DNA of 64,000 nucleotides from Parcubacteria group bacterium (lineage in GTDB: Bacteria; Patescibacteriota; Minisyncoccia; Moranbacterales; UBA2206): positions 72-64,071 of the forward strand of contig JBAZUU010000005.1 in assembly GCA_041661275.1 (NCBI GenBank). Reading direction: 5' to 3'. This document shows positions 9,490 to 18,973 of this stretch, one piece after another (the stretch's first letter is position 1; each line of letters starts with the position of its first letter). Under the pieces are notes generated by a model, which saw only the letters and a program-made list of their open reading frames with translations, had not been told where the DNA came from and made no database searches. Made by a program: the position numbers and the translations under genes.

Positions 9490-10227
9490 ATGAACCGAAA
9501 AATCGGAGTAAGCGTGGTTTGTATGCTTCCTTGGAGTTTAGGAAGAAATGGATTGGCACGCGCCACAATTATGGCGCATAACGCAGGCTTTTCTGGCTTG
9601 CAGATATTGCCATTGCGCGGATGGGATCCGCTGACATTCACGGAAGCGTCTCCTGATCAGATCATTTCCTTTGAACTGGCCTGGAATTGCGGATCACTCT
9701 GCAAAGCGATTCTTCGCCATCTGCACTTGGCGGGAGAGGAAAATCCTCTCTTTCACGACTGGCTTCTTTTCGGCAAATGTGCAGCCACGGAACGCCGGGC
9801 GGAAATGATGTTCCGATATTTCCAAAGGACATCAATGTTTATCACCCACGATGTCATTCACGTCGGCGTAATGGAAATGCACCCCGAGTTGGATTTGGAA
9901 ACTGGCGTTTATGCCAACTATCCTCACGGACTGGTATGGGATACCAAACACGTGATTCGCTCTGGACGTCACGGACAACCGCCAGTTACCGAGGATTGGG
10001 TAAGACTGCTGGACGAAGTCGGCCATAACATCCGACTCATTCACGTGAAATACCCGGTCAATCCTAAAATGCTGAAAGCCTTGGCCGAAAAGACGAACTG
10101 TCCAGTGATATTTGAGGCCAGACCACCATTAGGAAATATTTTCAAACCCCCAATGAGACACGCCCAGAAAAGAGCCATTGAATGGCTTAAAGAAAAACGA
10201 ACCTTTCTCGGCTATTTCTTTGAATAG
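9490..10227 (+). CDS. Hypothetical protein (GC-richer; possible TIM-barrel sugar-phosphate isomerase-like)
   Basis: RBS aaaggag 8 nt before ATG 9490; long ORF at ~50% GC versus ~40% locally. No confident family assignment. Confidence 0.5.
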   Translation: MNRKIGVSVVCMLPWSLGRNGLARATIMAHNAGFSGLQILPLRGWDPLTFTEASPDQIISFELAWNCGSLCKAILRHLHLAGEENPLFHDWLLFGKCAATERRAEMMFRYFQRTSMFITHDVIHVGVMEMHPELDLETGVYANYPHGLVWDTKHVIRSGRHGQPPVTEDWVRLLDEVGHNIRLIHVKYPVNPKMLKALAEKTNCPVIFEARPPLGNIFKPPMRHAQKRAIEWLKEKRTFLGYFFE

Positions 10228-10355
10228 AATCCGTTACAAACGTATTGAATTAGAGAGGAGAGACTTCAAAAGCCTTTCCTCTCCATTTCTGAATCTATCA
10301 GTTTATGGTGGATTTGGATGATGGAAATTGTTCTTTACACAAAGGAGATCTGAAA

Positions 10356-10739
10356 ATGATGGATATAATAGTTGAAGCTAGAAGTTTCTTTTTGGATTTT
10401 CGCAAAGATTACGAAGAACTTCTTCGTGATTATCCCGATCGTTCCAAAGTCAGATGGTATCATAAGCTGTTTAGAATTAGGCCGAGAGGTGATCTCTACA
10501 AAGAGGCTGTATCTGTCTGTGACAATGGCTTAAAGGCGTTGAACGACAGTGAAATTTCCGAAGCAATTTCCGAGCTGGACAAACTCATTCAGTGGTATGA
10601 ATGGGAAGTGGAACGCTTTTCCGATTCAATCGTTGAAATGGGTAGAAATCTGGAAATCAAAGAGACTATTCGGTATATGTATTCCTTGCGGAATAAATTG
10701 ACTGATCTGAACAACAAAATGAAAGGAAAAAGAAAATGA
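10356..10739 (+). CDS. Hypothetical protein
   Basis: RBS aaaggag before ATG 10356; overlaps the next ORF by ATGA. Confidence 0.45.
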   Translation: MMDIIVEARSFFLDFRKDYEELLRDYPDRSKVRWYHKLFRIRPRGDLYKEAVSVCDNGLKALNDSEISEAISELDKLIQWYEWEVERFSDSIVEMGRNLEIKETIRYMYSLRNKLTDLNNKMKGKRK

Positions 10740-11260
10740 TACTCCTGGCGATCTGCACCATTATCGGCGGCTACATCTTCTGGAAAAAGGTGTGTAAAGA
10801 CGAGGACATTAAATTTCTCAAACCTCTTCTGGTCGTTCTGGGGTGCCTCATAGGAGCATTTGGCGGAATGTTGCTTTCAGCATTCTTTTCCGTCATTGTT
10901 CCCCAAACGACCTACGACATAGAGTTTGACAGGGTGGAGCTGGTAGCCCTTGGTAGCACCAGTGAAATGCAAGGCAATTTCTTCCTTGCTTCGGGCAGTA
11001 TCGGTTCCCATCAGTTTTATAAGTTTTATTACAAAACTCCTGACGGTGGGAAACAATTTGGCAAACTGCCTGCCGAAAGTGCCGTGATTTACGAAGAGGA
11101 TAGAAAAGACGCCTATATGGCAAAGGCGGGAAAGGAAAAACATTATCCAACCTGGGTTTACTGGTGGGTCAGAATATTCCCAGGAGGCACAAGTTGGGAA
11201 TATGCCATTCACGTTCCCAATGGAACAATCAAGGTGGAGTATAATCTAGATTTGAAATGA
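10736..11260 (+). CDS. Hypothetical membrane-anchored protein
   Basis: N-terminal TM segment, translationally coupled to the upstream ORF, hairpin+T-run after the stop. Confidence 0.5.
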   Translation: MILLAICTIIGGYIFWKKVCKDEDIKFLKPLLVVLGCLIGAFGGMLLSAFFSVIVPQTTYDIEFDRVELVALGSTSEMQGNFFLASGSIGSHQFYKFYYKTPDGGKQFGKLPAESAVIYEEDRKDAYMAKAGKEKHYPTWVYWWVRIFPGGTSWEYAIHVPNGTIKVEYNLDLK

Positions 11261-11282
11261 GAATACAATTCCACCTCAACAA

Positions 11283-11326
11283 AAAAGTCCCTCGTGGTCA
11301 TTGCACCACTTGGGACTTTTCTTTTT
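11283..11326 (+). terminator. Rho-independent terminator
   Basis: aaaagtccc...gggactttt stem followed by a T-run. Confidence 0.4.
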
Positions 11327-11480
11327 GTTGAAAAATGAATAGCACCGCGGATTAAATCATAGCGAATTCCATCTTTAACTGTTGCCATTGTTTAAATTCC
11401 GTGATAATCTGGTTCCAACTAATGAGCAAGTAGTCTACTACTACAAAAGATGCGGGAAGCCGCATTTTTTGATATAATCT

Positions 11481-12098
11481 ATGTATATTATGGAACAGAC
11501 CGGACAACAAATCTTCCAATTTTTGCATCATTATGGCTATGCCATTATGTTGCCTCTTATGATCATTGAGGGGCCGATAGCGACCTTGCTAGCGGCTATT
11601 ATGGCCAGTCTCGGCGCTTTCAATGTTTGGATAGTTCTCATTCTATCGATTGCCGGAGATATGATAGGGGACGTTTTGCTTTATGGCCTTGGATATAAAT
11701 ATGGGCTGAATTTTGTGCGGGGTTTTGGCCGGTACATGGGGATAACAGAAAAATTGGTGACAAGGATGGAAAAATATTTCACGCTTCATGGCGGCAAAAC
11801 AATTTTCGCGGTGAAATCCACTACCGGACTTTGCTGGGCGACTTTTGTGGCGGCGGGAATTGTGAAGATGGATTTCAAAAAATTTGTCAAAAATTCTTTT
11901 TTGGGCGGCGTTGTCTGGAGCGGATTTCTGATCTTTATGGGCTATTTCTATGGCTATCTCTGGCGCGAGATCCATGTTTATATAAAATACATCGGTTGGA
12001 TAATTTTTGTTGTGGCCATCATTACTTTTGTGGTGATTACTATTTACAAAAACAAAAAAGCGAAAAAACTTTTGGAGGAAAATGGGAATGAGGAATAG
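11481..12098 (+). CDS. DedA/VTT-domain (SNARE-associated) membrane protein
   Basis: YGYAIMLPLMIIEGPIATLLAA...GDMIGDVLLYGLGYKYG matches the DedA signature. Alternative start at 11490. Confidence 0.75.
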   Translation: MYIMEQTGQQIFQFLHHYGYAIMLPLMIIEGPIATLLAAIMASLGAFNVWIVLILSIAGDMIGDVLLYGLGYKYGLNFVRGFGRYMGITEKLVTRMEKYFTLHGGKTIFAVKSTTGLCWATFVAAGIVKMDFKKFVKNSFLGGVVWSGFLIFMGYFYGYLWREIHVYIKYIGWIIFVVAIITFVVITIYKNKKAKKLLEENGNEE

Positions 12099-12138
12099 TT
12101 CGTGAAAAATTAAACGGGACTCTATAGGAGGACAAGAC

Positions 12139-12411
12139 ATGAAGCAATATTTGACGGCTAATGTTGGTTGTTGGGTGACGATAGCGATAATAGGAATTGT
12201 CCTGTTTGCTATTGCCCTGTGGTTTTTTGACAAACACACTAAAGAAGGCCCAATGTCTGATCCGGAAAGTCCTGTGGCTTTGGGTTGCTTTGCGATGGCC
12301 GCTTATTCGTGGATAGCTATCTATTTTTTAAGTGCTATTGCTATCCATTGCACTGGCGTGGCGGAAAAATATTCGATATATGTGCCGCCATTTTCAAATC
12401 TACCGAAATAA
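12139..12411 (+). CDS. Small two-TM membrane protein
   Basis: Good RBS ggagga; GC-rich stem and T7 run after the stop. Confidence 0.45.
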   Translation: MKQYLTANVGCWVTIAIIGIVLFAIALWFFDKHTKEGPMSDPESPVALGCFAMAAYSWIAIYFLSAIAIHCTGVAEKYSIYVPPFSNLPK

Positions 12412-12551
12412 TTAAGTGGTAAATGTCCGTGCGGGACGCTGTTTCCTGCGCGGGCTTTTTTTATCCTTCATCGCGTCGGAAAGCGGCTAAAAATCGTATA
12501 AATCATATGTTTTGCTTGCAATCTGCGGGATATAACCTAATATAGGAATAT

Positions 12552-13373
12552 ATGGTCAAAAGACTTTACAACAAGGTAAAGAGTGTTTTATTTGCTGATC
12601 CGGAACTTCTGTATAAGGAAGAATTACATCTGGTGAACAAACCCTTTCTTTTTCAAGGCGATAATGGAAAGGCAGTTTTGCTTATCCATGGCTGGACTTC
12701 AACGCCGTATGAAGTCAGGCGTCTCGGAATATTCCTCAATGAAAATGGGTATACGACTTATGGCCCGATGCTCAAAGGCCACGGAACGGTATCAACCGAT
12801 CTGGAAGGAGTGAGATGGAACGACTGGTTGGCTGATGTTGAAACGGCATATGATGAACTCAAAAAAAATCACGAGAAAGTATATATAGCCGGAACTTCTA
12901 TCGGCGCGAGTCTGAGTGTGCTTCTTGCCCAAAAAAAATCGGACGTTTCCGGCTTGATTCTTATGGCGATGCCATACAAAATAAAGTTGGAAAGAATAAT
13001 GACGATGTTTGCCAAAATCACCGGACTTTTCAGAAAATATACAAAAAAGTTTTATCCACCAACGTTTGGGCTTTCCACTACAATCACTCGTTTGATTGCT
13101 TACCAGTCATATCCAGTTGAAAGTGCTATTGAAACTTTTAGATTAGTGAAGGAAGCCAGAAAAAACCTTATTAAAGTCCATCAACCTTGCCTTATTATGC
13201 AGTCAACCAGCGATCATATAGTCTCTCGAAACAGTTGTGAGCATATTTATACCAGCATCGGCTCAACAGTTAAGCAAAAAAAATATATTAAACGGGCTTA
13301 TCATACTTTTATATCGGACATCAAAAATGAGAATGTCTTTGAAGACATACTCGATTTTCTGAATTCTTTATGA
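12552..13373 (+). CDS. Alpha/beta-hydrolase fold esterase/lipase
   Basis: LLIHGWTSTP (HG oxyanion), GTSIGAS nucleophile elbow (GxSxG), late STSDHIV region. Confidence 0.75.
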   Translation: MVKRLYNKVKSVLFADPELLYKEELHLVNKPFLFQGDNGKAVLLIHGWTSTPYEVRRLGIFLNENGYTTYGPMLKGHGTVSTDLEGVRWNDWLADVETAYDELKKNHEKVYIAGTSIGASLSVLLAQKKSDVSGLILMAMPYKIKLERIMTMFAKITGLFRKYTKKFYPPTFGLSTTITRLIAYQSYPVESAIETFRLVKEARKNLIKVHQPCLIMQSTSDHIVSRNSCEHIYTSIGSTVKQKKYIKRAYHTFISDIKNENVFEDILDFLNSL

Positions 13374-14557
13374 AAATAGGGATTTTTACCAATAATTATC
13401 TTCCCAATCCTTATGGAGTTTCGACTTCCATCGAAACTTTTCGCCGTGATTTTGAGCGCCTGGGTCATCAGGTTTTTATTTTCGCCCCTCGTTGGCCAGG
13501 ATATATTGATGAAAATCCAAATGTTTTTCGTTATCCTTCAATTGATATTGAATTTAAATTCCGTTTTCCTCTGCCTATCCCATATTCCTGGAAAATGAGA
13601 AGAATATTGAAAAATTTAAATCTCGACATTATTCATTCCCAGCATCCAAATCTTCTTGGATCGGCGGCAATCAGATGGGCGAAAAAGAAAAAAATCCCAC
13701 TAGTTTTCACCTGGCATACGCTTTATGACAAATATGTGAATTTTGTGCCGTTTGTTCCGCCCAAAATTGCGGCCGGATTTATAATTCGGCGTGCGGTCAA
13801 ATTTGCTAACCAGGCTGACGCAGTGATTGTTCCGACAGATTCTATTATTCCAATTCTCCAAAGATGGGGCGTGAAAAATAAAAATATTGTTCCGATAGCG
13901 ACTGGAGTAATTGAAGAAAATTTCAAAAACGCCGACAAAAATTTAGTCAGGAATAAATATGGAATTAAAGATGATGAAACACTTCTTCTTCTGGTCTCTC
14001 GCCTTACGGCGGAAAAAAATATTTTATTTGTGATTAATGCGGTCAAGAATATTTTAAAAAACAATAAAGAATCCTCTCCTGAAGGGAGGGGAGGATATGG
14101 AATTAAGTTATTAATAGTTGGCGGAGGATATCTTTCCCAGGAAATAATAAAATTAGCTGAGAAAGAAGGCATCGCGGAGAAAATAATCCTTACCGGAGAA
14201 ATAGAGAATAAAAATATTGCTAACTATTTCGCGGCCGGGAATATATTCGTTTACGGTTCAAAATCAGAAACTCAAGGGATGGTCATGACTGAGGCGATGT
14301 TTTCCGGTTTGCCTGTTGTAGCGGTGAATGCTACCGGAACCAGTAGCCTCATAAAAAACAATATTAATGGATTTTTGGTTTCGGAAAATAAAAAAGAATT
14401 TGCAGAAGCAGTAGAAAAATTAATTGCTGATAAAAATTTGCGTCAGAAATTCGGCGAAGCATCCAAAAAAATCGCCCGGGAAAATTTTACCAGTTGCATT
14501 TGCGCCAAAAAGATGCTAGAAGTGTATAACAAAGCGATATTGGAAAAGAGCGAATAA
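13370..14557 (+). CDS. GT4-family glycosyltransferase
   Basis: MKIGIFTNNYLPNPYGVS N-domain; C-domain EX7E region (SKSETQGMVMTEAMFSGLPVVA). Overlaps the upstream gene by 4 nt. Confidence 0.8.
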   Translation: MKIGIFTNNYLPNPYGVSTSIETFRRDFERLGHQVFIFAPRWPGYIDENPNVFRYPSIDIEFKFRFPLPIPYSWKMRRILKNLNLDIIHSQHPNLLGSAAIRWAKKKKIPLVFTWHTLYDKYVNFVPFVPPKIAAGFIIRRAVKFANQADAVIVPTDSIIPILQRWGVKNKNIVPIATGVIEENFKNADKNLVRNKYGIKDDETLLLLVSRLTAEKNILFVINAVKNILKNNKESSPEGRGGYGIKLLIVGGGYLSQEIIKLAEKEGIAEKIILTGEIENKNIANYFAAGNIFVYGSKSETQGMVMTEAMFSGLPVVAVNATGTSSLIKNNINGFLVSENKKEFAEAVEKLIADKNLRQKFGEASKKIARENFTSCICAKKMLEVYNKAILEKSE

Positions 14558-14586
14558 AAACCATTCCTTTAAAATTGAGGTGATCC

Positions 14587-15039
14587 ATGAAGAGAGTCCT
14601 GCTTTTTGTTTTGTTGGTATTGGCAATTGTGTTTTTGGTGTATATCGACCATAACGACAAAGACGAAGCCGTTTGTTTCACCAGAGACGGCTTTGCGATT
14701 GTGGCATCTTCCAGCGATTCAAAAATAAAGGAGATTTTTTCCGACTGGAAGAAGGAGGATGCGGAAGCGGTCGATGTGGGAAATGTGGATGCTTTCGTGG
14801 TTGTCGCGCGCGGCAAAATCACGGTCTCGCTGACCAGGGGTTTCCGAGATCCGGCGGACGGACTCATCGTTAAGGGCTTCAATATATCATATGAAGCCAG
14901 TCTGAGTGATATAAAAGACTCTCTCTTCAAGTATCTTTTTAAGCAAAGAGGTGAACGTATTCAGGAGGAACAAGAGGAGCGGGAAAAGCCGTATAGGGAT
15001 CCTTATCCTTGGAACGAAAAGAAACCGAGAGAAGTGTAA
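14587..15039 (+). CDS. Hypothetical N-terminally anchored protein
   Basis: RBS gaggtga; signal-anchor MKRVLLFVLLVLAIVFLVYI. Confidence 0.5.
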   Translation: MKRVLLFVLLVLAIVFLVYIDHNDKDEAVCFTRDGFAIVASSSDSKIKEIFSDWKKEDAEAVDVGNVDAFVVVARGKITVSLTRGFRDPADGLIVKGFNISYEASLSDIKDSLFKYLFKQRGERIQEEQEEREKPYRDPYPWNEKKPREV

Positions 15040-15068
15040 CGACGGAGATATCATTAAAAAGTGAAATA

Positions 15069-17354
15069 CTATTCCAAATGAATCTTTTCCGAAAACTTTC
15101 GAAGGGCATCTCGCAGAGCGGGGTGCTTTTTTAATTGAGGATCATCTTTTAGGATAGTCTGCGCTTCTTCGCGGGCGAATTTGATGAGTTTTACATTGGT
15201 CAGGTTTTCCATAGCGATATCAGGAAGACCCGATTGGATGGTGCCGAAAAATTGTCCCGGGCCGCGCAGTTCCAGATCGATTTTGGATATTTCAAATCCG
15301 TCATTGGTTTTTTCAAGGGCTTTGAGGCGTTTTAGGGGGTCAGGTACCTTTTTTGTAGCAAAAAAGGTACCTGACCCCTTTCCTGCGCCAGTGAAAAGAA
15401 AACAATATGATTGATGCTCGCTGCGGCCGACTCGTCCACGAAACTGATGGAGTTGGGAAAGACCAAATCGTTCGGCGTTTTCAATGATCATAATGGTCGC
15501 ATTGGGAACATCTATGCCTACTTCTACGACAGATGTAGAAACAAGAATTTGTGATTTTTTATCCTTAAAATCCCGCATTACTTCTTCTTTTTCTTTGGCC
15601 TTTAATCTGCCGTGCATGAGGCCAATTTGGAATTCCGGAAATATTTCCTGCAGTTTTTTATGTTCTTTGGTGGCGGCTTTTACTTCACTCAAAGCTTTCG
15701 ATTCTTCTACTAGTGGGAAAATGACAAAGATTTGCCGGCCAGAATTAATCTCGTTCCTTATAAAATTATAAACTTCTTTTCTGCCTGTTGGCGGAACAAT
15801 TTTTGTGCTGATTGGCTTTCTATTTTTGGGCATTTCGTCGAGAATTGATAAATCTAGTGAACCAAAGAAAGCGATAGCCAGACTTCTGGGAATAGGAGTG
15901 GCCGTCATAGTAAGTAAATGTGGAATAATTTTATTGTTCCCATCAGAAATGCTCATAGTTTCCTGCTGCAAAAACGCTCGTTGGGCGACGCCAAAACGGT
16001 GTTGTTCGTCGATGATAACCAAGGCTAAATTTTTGAATTTAACGTCTTTTTGGATCAATGCGTGCGTGCCAATAATGAGGTTGATTTTTCCAGATTTTAT
16101 ATTTTCTAATAATTTATTACGAGCAATGGTCTTAAAGTTTATCGAGTCTAATGGGGTGCCCTCTCCCGATCCAGCAGACTGGCTCGACCTCTCCCGAGGG
16201 GAGAGGTGGAAATTCTTTTCTTCCTCCTCTCCCTTTGGGAGAGGATGTCCGCCTAAATTTTTCTTAAAATTTTGGCGGACAGGAGAGGGTTCTTGGTTAA
16301 ATTCACAAATTATTTTATAAGAATTTGTCAGCAGTGCAACATTAAAATCATAATCCTTAAACAACTCACAAAAGCTTTCGAAATGTTGCCTGGCGAGGAC
16401 TTCAGTCGGTGCCATAATGGCCACTTGATAGCCAGAGGATATTGCCTGGAGCGTTGCCATAGCGGCCACTACTGTTTTTCCGCTCCCGACATCACCTTCC
16501 AAAAGCCGGTTCATCGGTTTCGGTTTTTCCAAATCTTTCAAAATTTCAAAGGAGGATTTTCTTTGGGCGTCGGTCAAAGTAAATGGCAATTTTTCCACAA
16601 AGTTTTTGATCAATTTTTCATCGAAATTAATGGCAATAGAATTATTATCTTCCCATTGATGTTTCACCTGCAAGGATTTCAGTTGAACCAGGAACATTTC
16701 CTGGAAAGCGAATCTTTTTTGGGCGCGGATCAGTTTTTCTTTGGAATCGGGAAAATGAATTTGAGTGATGGCAGTATAGATATCATAAAGATTAAATTTC
16801 TGTCTGATCTCATGTGGCAAAACATCCGGCAAATCTTTGGCGAGATATAAAAGCGGTTTCAGTTGCCAGCGAATCCATTTAGAACTGATGCCGGTTGTTT
16901 CAGAATACACCGGAACGAGTCGGCCAGTGTTAGTCGCGTCGCGTCCGGATTTTTCCCAAGCAGGACTAGTCATGGAAAAATGTTTTCCTTTTTGTTCCAA
17001 TTTTCCTGAAACGCGAATACCAGAGCCAATCGATAGTCCTTCCAAAATATATGGTTGATTGAACCAAGCGAGTTTGAGTGGTGTGCCATTTTTGTCGGTA
17101 ATCGTCACTTCTTGCACCGTCATTCTTCTTCTGAAAATCCGGTTATTTCTGGCTTTTTCTACTTTGCCTTCGACTGTTATGACAGCGCCGATGTATTTTT
17201 CATCAATTTCCACTATGCGTGAAAAATCATCATAACGGAAGGGGAAATACAGAAGCAGATCCTGCACAGTCAAAAGCCCCAATTTTTCCAGAACTTTGAC
17301 ATATTTGGGGGTGATTTTAGGGATGGACTTTAATAGTGTATCTAGATTGACCAT
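15069..17354 (-). CDS. recG: ATP-dependent DNA helicase RecG
   Basis: Wedge/N-domain, GDVGSGKT Walker A, DEQHRFG, QLHQFRGRVGR helicase motifs. Carries an ~45-aa in-frame insert from a repeat element. Confidence 0.9.
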   Translation of the reverse strand: MVNLDTLLKSIPKITPKYVKVLEKLGLLTVQDLLLYFPFRYDDFSRIVEIDEKYIGAVITVEGKVEKARNNRIFRRRMTVQEVTITDKNGTPLKLAWFNQPYILEGLSIGSGIRVSGKLEQKGKHFSMTSPAWEKSGRDATNTGRLVPVYSETTGISSKWIRWQLKPLLYLAKDLPDVLPHEIRQKFNLYDIYTAITQIHFPDSKEKLIRAQKRFAFQEMFLVQLKSLQVKHQWEDNNSIAINFDEKLIKNFVEKLPFTLTDAQRKSSFEILKDLEKPKPMNRLLEGDVGSGKTVVAAMATLQAISSGYQVAIMAPTEVLARQHFESFCELFKDYDFNVALLTNSYKIICEFNQEPSPVRQNFKKNLGGHPLPKGEEEEKNFHLSPRERSSQSAGSGEGTPLDSINFKTIARNKLLENIKSGKINLIIGTHALIQKDVKFKNLALVIIDEQHRFGVAQRAFLQQETMSISDGNNKIIPHLLTMTATPIPRSLAIAFFGSLDLSILDEMPKNRKPISTKIVPPTGRKEVYNFIRNEINSGRQIFVIFPLVEESKALSEVKAATKEHKKLQEIFPEFQIGLMHGRLKAKEKEEVMRDFKDKKSQILVSTSVVEVGIDVPNATIMIIENAERFGLSQLHQFRGRVGRSEHQSYCFLFTGAGKGSGTFFATKKVPDPLKRLKALEKTNDGFEISKIDLELRGPGQFFGTIQSGLPDIAMENLTNVKLIKFAREEAQTILKDDPQLKKHPALRDALRKFSEKIHLE
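16158..16290. repeat. In-frame RPE-like palindromic insert within recG
   Basis: GGGAGAGGATGTCCGCCTAAATTTTTCTTAAAATTTTGGCGGACAGGAGAGGG is near-identical to the reverse complement of the 46441-46510 element. Additional cctctccc/gggagagg hairpins. Encodes ...HPLPKGEEEEKNFHLSPRERSSQSAGSGEGTPLD. Confidence 0.55.
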
Positions 17355-17400
17355 ATAGATAGTATAAAGTACTATGAATAAAGTACAAATAAGTTTTATT

Positions 17401-17473
17401 GTCCTTGTAGCTCAGTGGATAGAGCGTCTGGTTGCGGTCCAGAAGGTCGGAGGTTCGATTCCTCCCAAGGACA
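17401..17473 (+). tRNA. tRNA-Arg (anticodon read as GCG)
   Basis: GTCCTTGTAGCTCAGTGGATAGAGCG, stem TCTGG/CCAGA, loop TTGCGGT, GGTTCGATTCC. Confidence 0.7.
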
Positions 17474-17766
17474 CTAAATTTTAAAACGCGCCTGAGATCG
17501 GACGCGTTTTTTGAGTTTATTTTTGAAAAATCGATTATTATCGACGTGGCCAGGGGCAGGAATCATACGCGCTTCTTTCCTCTGGCGGTTTCCAGACAGA
17601 GGCCGATGCTCTAAAAATAAGTATAATATTTTCAGGATCAATTTTAAAGCATACCAATTTTTCGCCATAGCGATGCTTAGAGCGGGTGGCGTGTCGGTAA
17701 TAGCCTTTGTTTATGGATAAGTTATCTCGCCAGCACATTTTTCCCTCCTCATTTTTAGGAACTGAG

Positions 17767-18366
17767 TCATATCTTCAAAAGTCTCTCCATTGTTTCGACC
17801 AATCCTGGTTCTTTTTTTTCTTCCGGCAAAAATTCGAGAAGTATCTGGCGGATGTGGACAGGATCTTCTTCGTGGATGGGAATGTGGATATAGGGCATAA
17901 TACCGCTTTTGGTATGGAGGCAAGCCGATTTCAAACCTTCCGGTTCATAGAAAATCCAAAAAGATTCCAAATTGTCAAATTCGTAAATTTCACGTCTCGC
18001 AACGACGCCTTCGGTAGTGATCATAAAATCAATGATGCGCGGTTCCTGATTGATGTGGAGATAGCCGACTATTCCGATAAGGATAAAAGTGATAGCCATG
18101 ACAGGGCTGTTGGAATAGAGCGCCCAAGCGACAATGCCGACAAGAATCAGGGTGACAACGACATACCACTTTTTGTCGCGCTCAAAAACCTCATATTCCG
18201 GCGCTCGCCAGTGAGCAAGAACGTCAGTCGAGTGTTCAGAAATCTGAAAATCATGAGGAGATTCCAAGAGTTCCTCTTCTTGCGCTTCCGGTTTTGGGGC
18301 GAGAAAGTTATCTATCTGCCTTTCCTTTTTTACTTTTCTTCTTGGGTCGTCGTGTTCGATATACAT
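17767..18366 (-). CDS. Hypothetical two-TM membrane protein
   Basis: Long ORF with central hydrophobic segments. No family recognised. Confidence 0.5.
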   Translation of the reverse strand: MYIEHDDPRRKVKKERQIDNFLAPKPEAQEEELLESPHDFQISEHSTDVLAHWRAPEYEVFERDKKWYVVVTLILVGIVAWALYSNSPVMAITFILIGIVGYLHINQEPRIIDFMITTEGVVARREIYEFDNLESFWIFYEPEGLKSACLHTKSGIMPYIHIPIHEEDPVHIRQILLEFLPEEKKEPGLVETMERLLKI

Positions 18367-18582
18367 ACCCGGTAATAGAATTTTGACTCTGATGTTATTT
18401 AAATCAAATTTCTCGATATAATACTTGGAATTATTTTAATATTTGCCCGTCAGTAATATTTTTTTGGCCAAAGGCCAGTCAAAATTTCACTACCGGGCAT
18501 AATGAAATATTAGCACAACCATTCAGGTTTACAAAATCAGGATTTGGATATAGTATTGGTTAATTGTATAATTAGATTAACT

Positions 18583-18673
18583 GGAGAAGTCGCATAGCCT
18601 GGCTTAGTGCGGCAGATTGCTAATCTGCTATACGGGTTAAACCGTATCGAGGGTTCGAATCCCTCCTTCTCCG
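18583..18673 (+). tRNA. tRNA-Ser (GCT), class II long variable arm
   Basis: GGAGAAGTCGCATAGCCTGGC..., loop TGCTAAT, variable arm, GGTTCGAATCC. Confidence 0.85.
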
Positions 18674-18685
18674 CTTCCAATACTG

Positions 18686-18939
18686 GGAAGCGTGGCCGAG
18701 TGGCTGAAGGCGACAGCTTGTCCCGCACCATTTTTCATTTAAAGTCGAGTCTTTTTAAGTTTTTTATTGGAAGAGTGCCCGAGTGGTTTAAGGGAACAGT
18801 CTTGAAAACTGTCGTATCCGAAAGGGTACCGTGAGTTCGAATCTCACCTCTTCCGCAAAAAATGAAAAATGGTGCGGGATCGCGAAAAACTGCAGTACCG
18901 GAAACGGTACCGAAGGTTCGAATCCTTCCGCTTCCGCCA
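18686..18939 (+). other. Split tRNA-Ser-like gene interrupted by a ~160-nt insert
   Basis: 5' part 18686-18720: acceptor GGAAGCG plus Ser-type D-arm. 3' part 18880-18939: class-II variable arm GTACCGGAAACGGTAC, T-arm, CGCTTCC-G-CCA. The insert is bounded by the 10-bp inverted repeat TCCCGCACCA/TGGTGCGGGA and contains tRNA-Ser(TGA). Confidence 0.5.
18769..18855 (+). tRNA. tRNA-Ser (TGA), nested inside the split tRNA-like gene
   Basis: GGAAGAGTGCCCGAGTGGTTTAAGGGA, loop CTTGAAA, variable arm, GAGTTCGAATCTCAC, acceptor CTCTTCC. Confidence 0.85.
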
Positions 18940-18973
18940 AGCAGATATCACAACAAAGAAAGGAGGGCGTGTT

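Noticed and set aside
9210-10028. ORFs 9210-9581(+) and 9687-10028(+)
   Set aside because: The first overlaps tRNA-Glu. The second is an alternative frame of the GC-rich 9490-10227 gene. GC-rich DNA yields long spurious frames.
15181-17058. Several 70-190-aa + strand ORFs inside recG
   Set aside because: Antisense to a gene with complete helicase motifs.
18686-18939. tmRNA (ssrA) as an explanation for the tRNA-like 5' and 3' halves 250 nt apart
   Set aside because: The 5' half has a full Ser-type D-arm, which tmRNA lacks. The interior is an intact tRNA-Ser rather than pseudoknots or a tag ORF, and the total length is too short.
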